From a virus, in the IMG/VR virus record IMGVR_UViG_3300010348_001013, positions 1,751 through 65,750 of that record: a stretch of 64,000 nucleotides of DNA. One strand, given 5' to 3'. How positions within the stretch are numbered: the first letter of the stretch is position 1; each line of letters begins with the position of its first letter. Below are positions 21,619 to 31,900 of this stretch, piece after piece. The translations under genes were made by a program, and so were the position numbers. The notes beneath the pieces are model-generated. The model saw only the letters and a list, made by a program, of their open reading frames with translations, was not told the origin of the DNA and ran no database searches.

Positions 21619-23720
21619 TATTTGATCCTTTTTAGGATTTTCAATAACAAATTGAATTTGTTTTTTAATTCGTTTTGACCATTGACATCAGTGGCGTTAT
21701 ATGCTTCATAAAGAGCTTTTACAAACCCGGCATCAATATTAGATAATAAAACAATCATTAATCTTTTATGCTCTTTGTCTATGTTAATAGAATATGTAAA
21801 ATTAATATTTCCAAATAAACTATTTTCTGGAACATAGAAATGTATAGTATTTTCATTAAAGTTAATATTTTTATCAACTTGAAAAATTTCATATAATTCA
21901 TATATATTATGCCCTTTTTCGTTTACATAAAATAATGGGTTTTTAGGCAGTATTATAGCTCTATAACTTTTTTTATTAGTTTCTGAATAAATATTAATTA
22001 AATAATTTGAAGGATCTAACTCCAAAGGTATGCTTTGGAAATCAACTCCCTTATAACTAATTTTAGATGACGGATTATAGTCTAAGTGACTTATGGTTAC
22101 TGTTGCATTTTTTCCTAATGATTCATATTCGTAATACTTTCGCTGAGTTTCGTTTTCTAATTTTCTCAATAAATTATAACTATCATCTATTACAATTTTA
22201 TCAGTATCTGCAACTTTATCTGATACACCAGTCAACCAATAATCATTTGTTGTAAATAATACATTAATAAATAATTTAGTTGATCTTTTTTGATTAACTT
22301 GCATTGCATCAATGCTCGCTATTGCTGTTTTATATTCATATATAGTTCGCATTAATTCTGAAAATGATAAAAAATTTATGTATTTAAATGCATACACTAT
22401 TAATACTTGGCTGCTATTTGATGCACTCAAATTTGTTGATTTAGAATAATTATTAGGAAATTGAATTATGGCTTCATAAAATAACCATTGATTTGATGTA
22501 ATATCAACTATTGTTTTTGGTTTATCAGGTATAACATAATTATATAAATGGTTTACCTTGTTTATCACTTTAATATAGTTGATTAGTTCTTCTATTTGAG
22601 TTTCTCCTGGTTTTTGATTAGTTTCAACAAACATTCTGACTGAACTACTTGCTGCAGACGGCTTCATTACCGTTTTATCTGAATTAAATATCGGTGATTC
22701 ACTAAAAGCAACTGAATCAATGAAAAACAAAATTCTAATATAATATAAAAAATTAAATTTATTATTCTTTTGATCTGAAAAATAAGTTCCATAGAAATCA
22801 TTTACACAATCAATAGTCAACAATGGAGTTGCATATGTTAAATAATGATTTTTTAATTTTGTTCCTCCTTGTTGAATTCTAATCCTTGTATAATTCGCAT
22901 TATTATATTTAAATTCGTTTTTAAAACTAACTAAATAATAATCTTTACTAGTGTCCTTTGAATACTGTTCCGTTTTTGATTCGATTTTTATTTCTGGATA
23001 TTTTTTAATTGTTATTTGTCTAATAATAGATGTGTCCTTCGCCCATTTAAAATTAACGCTATTGTTTTTAAATAAATAACTAGGTTGATTATTTTGATCT
23101 TGGTCAGGAATAGCATACTCCAAAGTAAAATAGTTAAAATAAAATTCAATTCTATAAAGATCAAAACTAATACCATTTTCAAATGTTTGTGGTGACTTTA
23201 ATACGTAAAATGATATTGGATCAATTCTACCACTTGAGGATAGTTTACCATTGTTTTTAAGATATAACATTGAAGTAAAGAAAAAATGCCGCAAGATATC
23301 AATTGAATTGAGAGATAAAATACTCTGTGCAACATTGGTAATTTGTTCTATCTGAAACATATTCATTTCATCAGCATTATTATTAATTATTGTGTTATAT
23401 GCATTATTAATATCAAAAATAGCAGGAACAGTATCTTCATGATTATCTATAAACATTAAATTATTTACATAATTAAGTACTTTTTCTATTGTTTTGTTAC
23501 TATTTCCAGGTTTTTCATTAAAAGGATATATTGTTATTAAATAGGACAAAAAATTATATAAAACAGTATCCATATATGAAAATATTTTAGTTTTTTCATC
23601 GCTTGCACTATTGTAAAATGGTAAAGAATAAAAAGAAGCCGGAATATCAAATTGAGGCACATTAACTAAGTATTCATATGGAGTTTGTATAAAAGTATTA
23701 TTAGAATTTTCTGTTGCCAT
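21618..23720 (-). CDS. Hypothetical protein, about 700 aa
   Basis: ATG at 23720 (MATENS) has SD AAGGA and is preferred over the track's TTG at 23747; its stop overlaps the hub gene start. Confidence 0.6.
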   Translation of the reverse strand: MATENSNNTFIQTPYEYLVNVPQFDIPASFYSLPFYNSASDEKTKIFSYMDTVLYNFLSYLITIYPFNEKPGNSNKTIEKVLNYVNNLMFIDNHEDTVPAIFDINNAYNTIINNNADEMNMFQIEQITNVAQSILSLNSIDILRHFFFTSMLYLKNNGKLSSSGRIDPISFYVLKSPQTFENGISFDLYRIEFYFNYFTLEYAIPDQDQNNQPSYLFKNNSVNFKWAKDTSIIRQITIKKYPEIKIESKTEQYSKDTSKDYYLVSFKNEFKYNNANYTRIRIQQGGTKLKNHYLTYATPLLTIDCVNDFYGTYFSDQKNNKFNFLYYIRILFFIDSVAFSESPIFNSDKTVMKPSAASSSVRMFVETNQKPGETQIEELINYIKVINKVNHLYNYVIPDKPKTIVDITSNQWLFYEAIIQFPNNYSKSTNLSASNSSQVLIVYAFKYINFLSFSELMRTIYEYKTAIASIDAMQVNQKRSTKLFINVLFTTNDYWLTGVSDKVADTDKIVIDDSYNLLRKLENETQRKYYEYESLGKNATVTISHLDYNPSSKISYKGVDFQSIPLELDPSNYLINIYSETNKKSYRAIILPKNPLFYVNEKGHNIYELYEIFQVDKNINFNENTIHFYVPENSLFGNINFTYSINIDKEHKRLMIVLLSNIDAGFVKALYEAYNATDVNGQNELKNKFNLLLKILKRIK

Positions 23721-23734
23721 TTTTTTATCCTTTA

Positions 23735-25783
23735 TTAAAAGTGACAAATTACATCTAGTTCTTGTACATTTGATTGTATCATATTTGAATATATTTCTAA
23801 AAATGGATTTTTATATTGTTCGTTATCCATAAATCCTTCAATTGAGTTTTTCAAAGTAAATTCATCAGCAACATATTTATTATCGTACATCTGCATTATT
23901 TCAATACTTACTTTGCCGAGAAGTAATTCAATAACATAGTTATTGGTTTGTTCTTGGACAGATGATAATTTCATATTAATAATGTTACAATACACTGGAA
24001 CTAATCCATATAAAGAATCAACATAATCATATTTCATACCAGAATTTTTCGATTCAATCTTATATTTTGCTGGTTCGTTAAAAGTTAGAGTTAAATTATT
24101 CAGATTGGATGAAACAACACTTGCACCTAAAATCTTATTATAATAAGAGCCACACACATCATATGGCAAAAATAACTTTGCTAAAAATGAATTATAAAAA
24201 GGAATAACATTTGATATTATTTGCTGTGCCTTAATAAAACGCACTACTTCTAACATATGAAGACTATTAACAAATGATAATATAAACGTTGCTTCGTCAA
24301 GTTCTCCTTTTATCTCGTATATTATTTGTCCATTCTGATCCAAAGAAACTATTTGATCCTTATTTGTGATAACTGGTTCTCTTTTTCCTGCATATGTTGT
24401 TATATCACAATCATAATATGATAAATCAATAATGCCTATTCTATTATGAACTTTATATATTGAAGAAACATCGGCTATTTCTTGCCCTTTCTGTTTAATT
24501 TTATTCTCTAATGGCTTGGTAATGACTTCTACCATTTCATTGTTATATTTCTCGTCTTTTACAATATCACAATCTGCAAGAAATACACAATTACTATGTG
24601 ACAAATAATGACCATTCATTCTTGTATATGTATCTGGTTCAAGAAGTAATTGTTCCTTAGTTAATACTTTATCACCAACAAAAAAAACTAAAAGATTAGT
24701 TTTTAATGCTGAAATAATATTTGTTCGTAAAATATTTTCTGTATCATTTCTAATTAAATGTGCCAATTCTGAATATTTTCTAATCTTAGAAAAAACATAC
24801 AATGAATAATATTCATCAAATTCTGTTATAAATGGATATTGACTCAATGTTTCACTACATGCTTTAATCATTATATATTGATATAACATTAACTGATTAT
24901 CAGCAGAATAATCATCAGGATAGATAGCGATATTAGATGTTGATCCAGATTTTAAATCCAATATATAAACATTTGTTTCATATTTAAGATAAATATCTAC
25001 TATTCCATAAAACACTGCACTATAATTACTTGTTATATTTAGTGGCAATGATTTAATATGTAATTCTGATCTTGCAATAAATAAACTTTCATCAAATTCT
25101 TCCCCGTTTATTATATGATTATCAATATCAATATTATATTGAAACAATGAATTAAAAACATCTGACATTGATATGTAATATAAATTAAATACATCAATAC
25201 CGGATTTCAACAGGGTTTCACCATCATTAAACAGAGTTCTAATCACTTCTGGTTTCGGATTGTCGGTTTCTAAATCGGTTAGTGGAATCAAAATATCCAT
25301 GATTTCATGAAACTGTTGGTAATTACAATAGTTTTCCCGTGGTGCGAATATTAAATAAAGTAAAATTAAAAAGAATGGTTTATAAGTTAAATATTTGTCA
25401 GTTTCAGATTTATTAATACCTATTGCTTCTACCAATTGTGAATATTTATTTTTATACGGCCCGGCATACTCGTTCAAAAATAGATCAAGTTTCTCGTTTT
25501 GATTTTCAGCCACGCTTAATCTATTATATATTAAGTTATAAAATTTTATAAATATATCATTTACAAGATGTAGACATAAACCATCGTTTATTGCTGAACT
25601 ATTTGATGATAACTCACTATCACTAAGACCATTATCATCTTCTTTACTTCTATCATATGAAGAAGGTTCTGTTAAAATTGATGAAAACGAGTAATCTTCC
25701 CCCGCATATTTAGAATAAAATTTACCATTACATGCCATTAATTGATCTAAAGATGTATGTGATAGATAGAATGTTTTAGCCAT
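23735..25783 (-). CDS. PD-(D/E)XK nuclease, RecB/AddB/Cas4-like, with C-terminal extension, 682 aa
   Basis: LSHTSLDQLMAC, GLCLH, SELHI, YGIVDIY...ILDLKSG and QLMLY are the family motifs, in the expected order. Confidence 0.8.
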   Translation of the reverse strand: MAKTFYLSHTSLDQLMACNGKFYSKYAGEDYSFSSILTEPSSYDRSKEDDNGLSDSELSSNSSAINDGLCLHLVNDIFIKFYNLIYNRLSVAENQNEKLDLFLNEYAGPYKNKYSQLVEAIGINKSETDKYLTYKPFFLILLYLIFAPRENYCNYQQFHEIMDILIPLTDLETDNPKPEVIRTLFNDGETLLKSGIDVFNLYYISMSDVFNSLFQYNIDIDNHIINGEEFDESLFIARSELHIKSLPLNITSNYSAVFYGIVDIYLKYETNVYILDLKSGSTSNIAIYPDDYSADNQLMLYQYIMIKACSETLSQYPFITEFDEYYSLYVFSKIRKYSELAHLIRNDTENILRTNIISALKTNLLVFFVGDKVLTKEQLLLEPDTYTRMNGHYLSHSNCVFLADCDIVKDEKYNNEMVEVITKPLENKIKQKGQEIADVSSIYKVHNRIGIIDLSYYDCDITTYAGKREPVITNKDQIVSLDQNGQIIYEIKGELDEATFILSFVNSLHMLEVVRFIKAQQIISNVIPFYNSFLAKLFLPYDVCGSYYNKILGASVVSSNLNNLTLTFNEPAKYKIESKNSGMKYDYVDSLYGLVPVYCNIINMKLSSVQEQTNNYVIELLLGKVSIEIMQMYDNKYVADEFTLKNSIEGFMDNEQYKNPFLEIYSNMIQSNVQELDVICHF

Positions 25784-25944
25784 ATGTCCTCATTTTTTTG
25801 ACCCCCGCACAGCCAAAAAGTCATCTATTGGGGAAATCTCTTTTTTTATTAAAGGTAACAAATTGTGATCATTAAAAGATAACAAGAGGAGATCATTTTA
25901 ACATCCCCAATAGATGTCCGTTGTCTATACTTCCTGTATCTGTG

Positions 25945-28900
25945 TTATGTATTAAATATAGATGCGGGGGCCTGTTTATTTAATTTATTTCCGTAATATT
26001 TTGTTTGGTTACCAATAAAAGCCAGATCTGCTTGATCTGAATATTCTTTATGTTTTGCTAATTTAAAAGTATTCTCTGGTTTTACTAATTGTATTCTAGT
26101 TTTGTATTTATGTAAAGAATTCTTTTCTTGATGTAATCCATAATCAAAATAATCCAGATTTGATGTGTTATCAATGGATTTGATTGGAGATATAGAACCA
26201 CCATTAATTAAAGATAGAACAGAAGATGCTAAAAATGCACCAGTTAATATTGCGGGGGCACCAGATGCAACTGGTAATACTTTTTTCATATTTATCATTT
26301 CTGATTTTTCTTTATTAAACAATGACATTAAATCTACAACCCCACCTTTTCTTGCATTGTTTATGAAATTTAATGCACTGTTTATCCAGGGAACTGTTAG
26401 ATCTGGATTTAATATTTTTGGATCTTTAATTCTATCTATTTCATTAGATAGATAATTTAAATATTCTTCCGGATAAACTGCTCTAATTCCTTGTTCTGCC
26501 CTTGATACGGTTTTTATCCTTTCGTCGTTAGATAATTGCCTTTCAATTAGCATTAATGATGATAAAAATTTATCAGAACCACTATCTAATGATTCTAATA
26601 ATACATTAGCATTTTCTATGTTCTGAAATGGTTGACCTATTTTAGTTTTAATATGTTCCAACCCTGCTTGTATTCTTATTGCATCTTTTAATGCTATAGA
26701 TATACCACCAATATCAATATTTATATTTCCACTTTCACCATTTTTTAATCTCGTGGTTCCTTCTTGTATTATTGCTTTGTAAAAATCATTAAAATCTCGT
26801 AGTGTTAATTCTTCACGTTCTCCTATTCTATAACGTGGCTTGCCATAACCAGTTGGTCTAGAAGATGCTTGTTTTGAATTAATATAAGATATTACTTTAC
26901 TTTGAAAATCAGTTGTCATATTATATCTTGAATCCATTAGTGTTATTTTATAATCGCCGTCTTTTATTTGTTTTAATATTTTTGCTACTTGATCAACTTT
27001 TTCTCTATTAATAGAATTTAAAACAGAACCCAATTCATTTAATTTTCCCATTATACCATCTGCAAAATTCAAAAATCCATGTTTTGAATCTATTGCTGTG
27101 TTATTTATAACATCGTAAAATGCATCTATTGATTCAATTGTAAATTTATCAGATATTAAATTTTGTGCTGTGACTAATCTATTAAATAGTTTAAGAGTTA
27201 CCTTCGGTGGAATAACTTTAGTATTTGTGTATGCCTGGAATGCTTCTTCTGATAACGTACCATTGATTACATTATTTACGTTTTTTAATATTTGGTCGTA
27301 ATTTACAGTTTCTGGGGTAACACCCATCTGTAATAAAATATCATTAGATATTTTTGTACGTAGATTTTCTACCTCCTCAGATGTTTTGCCTAAATTAATT
27401 ATTCCAATTGCTATTCTCATCTCATTAACATGTGATGACATGATATTGGTTTCAGCTCCTAGTTTCATTAGCGTTGAGTTTAATATTTCTGTTGTTTTTT
27501 TATCTAGAGTTTGATCAGAAGGATCATAGCCTGCATGTGTTATTAGTAAATCTCTTATGTAATCTTTTACACTAACAGATCTTATTTCTTGATCTCTATT
27601 TTTTGTAGTTAATATATATTTATCTAGAATTGGTGCATATATTGCTTTTGTATTGTTTTGTTTTGATTCTGGAATGAAAGCAAAATTCTTTATGTTATTG
27701 TATATAACATCTTCTAGGTTGCCTTTTACAACTGTATCTTTTTGCCCTGCTGACAATATTATTTTTTCAAATTCATTATAATCTAATTTGGAAATATCAA
27801 TTTTCTTTTCAGCGCTTGCTTCAAGTAATGTTTTTAATACTTCAGTTTCAGAAAGAAATACCTTCATAACATCAGAATCAAAGTCCTGGTGCATCATTTT
27901 TCCTATTGCATTAGAAGGTTGAATGTTTTCTATTTGCATATTTTTAGTGGCTCCTATTGTCAATACAGTTGCCAATTGTGATTTTGTTGTATGTTCTGGT
28001 TCTCTTGATACTACTCCTAGTGCTCCTCTTTGTTTAACATATTCTACATATAAGTCAACTAATTTTTTTAATGCGGGGGTATTTTGTTCAATATCCAATC
28101 CTAATGCTTTTGTATAAGATTCAAGTGCTGTTGATGTTATTCCTCTTACTGCTCCTTCAGAAATAAAAACTTTATTTAATGGATTATAAAGCATTTCTCG
28201 CATTAATTGTTGTTCAACTAAACTATTGACTGAAATCCCATTAATATTATAAGGATGTGTAATTCTATCAAGTACATCTAATAAATATGAAGCAGTTCTA
28301 TGATTTATACCATTAGAAAATATTTCATTCTTTTTAAAGTAATTTGTTCTATCAGACAAATAGTTAAATGCATGAACTAATTTAGTGGTTTCTAGTGATG
28401 ATTCTTTGTCATTCTTAATGATTTTAAAAGCGTTATATAAATATTGATTTAAACTAGTTTTTGCACTATCTTCTAAGTCATCGGCAAATCCTGCTGGATC
28501 TATAAATTGATATGCTGGAATTATTGATGAAGTTGATGTAACTTTCATTGCCATTGCTGGGGCACCTTCTTTCCCGCTTAACCCATTCACATATTCTAAT
28601 GTAAGATCACGCATGGATTGTTGTAATGATTTATCTATTTGTCCTACCATTATATTATATGTATTTAAATTGTTAATTTCATCGATATTAACTGGTTCTC
28701 CTTTTGAAACTTTATGATTGATTTCGTTAATTCTGTTAGTTAATTCAGACCTAGCAGATTTCAATAATAATATACGAGTTTGAACTTGATATAGTGAATT
28801 TAATCTTGGATGTGTATCATATCCGCTACTTACTGTAGTTAATACTTTGTCAGCATATGCTGGTATTAATGGCATATACCCGCTGAATTTTTTATCTCCA

Positions 28901-31900
28901 GCACTTAATGTAATACGAGTTTTTGGAGATTGAATGGCATTTAAATCCAACATTGTAAATTTGTTTGCAATATTTTCTGATCCATATACCTGTTCAATTG
29001 CTTCAAAAAAGGCTGTTGCAGTTCGTTGTTGTTCATTAATGGCTTCGTCTGCTAATCTTAATATATTTCCTTCACTAATCTGTTGGCGATTTAATTCGTT
29101 TGTTTGAATACTGGATCTAATACGCTCTATGAATGCATTTGTAAATTCTGTAGCTTCACGCATTACTTTAGCATTGGCAGCATTCTCAGAAGCAGATTCA
29201 ACATTAGGATATTTGATAGCTGTGTCTGTTTGTGAAGATACTGCAATTCTGTTATGTATCTCGGCAGTTTTGTCAAAAATATTCTGAATTATTTTGGTTG
29301 CATCTACTATTTCAACCGGTAATCCTTTTATAACTTTTAACTTAGAAATCTTATTACCTAATCCTTCATCAAACAAAGTTGCATAGTTATATTGTAGTCT
29401 ATCTGCAAAAACAAAATTGTCTTCCATGTGTGAAATAGAATATTTAAAGAAATTAGGCATATTGAAAGAAGATAAGAATAAATTATATTGATTTAATTTA
29501 GCACCTTTAGTTCGATTTGATTTTACGGTTGACCAATTTTTGGCTACTTGATTTGAATATATCGCATATTTTTCTTCTGTTGTAATTATTGGTGCTAAAT
29601 CTGCAACAAATGCCATTTGGCCATTTGGAAAAGCATATGCCATTGCTAATGGATAATTACTCATTATAATTGGTTGATTAACATTATTATCAGGAACACT
29701 AGATAAATCTCTTATGATATCGCTTTTTGTTATTTCAATTCTATTTTTATACATTGGATAATTTGTCTCTATTATTTTATTTGATGAACTTATTATTTTA
29801 TCAATCAGTGGTGTTGGTTGATTTTTACTATTTGCTTCTCTATATAGTTCTAAGAGAAAATTATTAAATTTGTCACCAAGATGATATTTTTGCTCTAAAA
29901 TAATTGGGTCCGATGTTCTTAATGCAATTTGAAAATATTCCTTACCATTATTACTAACAAAATTGATATCACTTATTAAATCACTATAATCTTTTTTATT
30001 AATGCCAAATATATCTCTAAATAGTAATTTGTATGTTTCTTTAAGCATTCTATTAAAATCACCAACAGCTATTTTTTTAGAACTTGAATTAACAGAATTT
30101 AATTTATCTTTTATTATTTCCATTAAAGTATTAAATAATCCAGTTGCTAGTTGCATAGGTTGTCTTATAGAATCTTGAATTATTGATACATATGGAACTG
30201 CTGTCTTAGCAATTGGTAAAGAAAATTCAGTAGGAGCTAATATTGAAAGATTATTGAAAGCTAAAAGATATCCTTCTTTGAATTGACCATTAGCAATTGA
30301 TGCTTGAGTTTTTAATGCTGGATCGGCTTTCTCAAATATTTTAGTTGTTTGTTCATTATATGCTGGATTGTAGTAATATTTTGAAATTCTAATTGATTTA
30401 TCTAAGTTCTTTTTACCTTCAACAGTCAAAATCATCCTTTTTCCTTCAATATCATTGATTTCATTTATTGAAGTTATTGTATCAAATGTATTACCATTAG
30501 AATCATTCATTTCTTTGTTAATAAATTTTAGTAATTTCTCATTATATTCGCTTTCGCCAATATTTTTATTACCTATTGCAAATTGTCTATAGAAATTTGC
30601 ATATTGTTCATATGTCAATTCTATAGATTTAGTGATTGTGTGAAATGGTTTTTCTGTTTTAAGTGCTCTTTTTCCATAAGCAGTTAAAAATATGGATCCT
30701 TCTGATATTCCATACGCTTGTGTTGACAGCGTGCTTGAATCACTTGATGATATTTTAGGAAAAAATAATGAAAAGCCTCTTAACATTGCTGGTGATCTAT
30801 GTCCTAATTCTGCTGGTGTTATAAATAATGATCTTGATTTTGTTCTAAAATTAGATTCAGAATATGCTGCTGTTTTTATTCCTGGGGGCTTTGATCCTGG
30901 TGTTGCACCAACAAAATATTCAGGTGATCCTTTATATATTGTAAAACTTGTTATTGATCTATTTCCTGCCTGAAGAGCAACATTTCCAATTGATAAGAAT
31001 TTCTGAAACGAATCATATAGAGATTCTATGTTTGTTAATTGTTTGGTATTTCGTAAATGTTGAAGATTTAATAATGCCGTCTCCATACTTGTAAGCATAT
31101 TATAATAGTCATTTCCTATTAATACATTCTGCCCGGAATATTGTTTTATCTTATTTATTATACTTTGAACTAATATTAATTGATTTTCCAGCGATTTATT
31201 AAATCTTGAGCTTGTTTTAATTTGTTCAGATGTTTTAAATATCTGGACTGGACTATTAATATTTGTAATAAGATTTTCAACCATAACACCATAAGATTCT
31301 AGGAGACGATTATATGTATCTTCATATAATTTATTTATCTGTTTAGCATCATATTGACCTGTTTTGTTTGCAATATTCAAAAGATTTGCTAGTAATTTAT
31401 TTATTTTTTCATTCAATAGAGAACCAAATGATGTTATTTGTGTTTCAGATGGATATCTAAAATGAGTATCTTCTATACCAGCTTGAACCGCATTAAATTG
31501 AAATGCTCCTTTATTACCTGCGAGTTTATTACTAACTTTTGCCTTTCCTGCTCCTCTAAATGTGTATCTTCCCTGCCTATTGGCTAAAATGTCTCCTGGT
31601 GACGTCATCATTAATGGAATATTTAAATCGTTTTTAGCATTAAGATATTTAAATTCAAATGTTTGGGTTCTGAAAAAATCAATTGCAGACGCAATATATT
31701 GGTTTATTTCGTCTTCTGTTACCTGTAATGCTGCATTACCATTCTGTGATCGCATTAATTTTATTTGTTGCAATGCTAGATCTTGTGCTTTTTTAGTTAT
31801 TCTTATATTTCCATTATCATCTACAGATTCAGATGCAATTTTGAATAATGTATTACTATAAAATGTTTTAAATTTATTTATAAGCGAATTTACGAATGTT

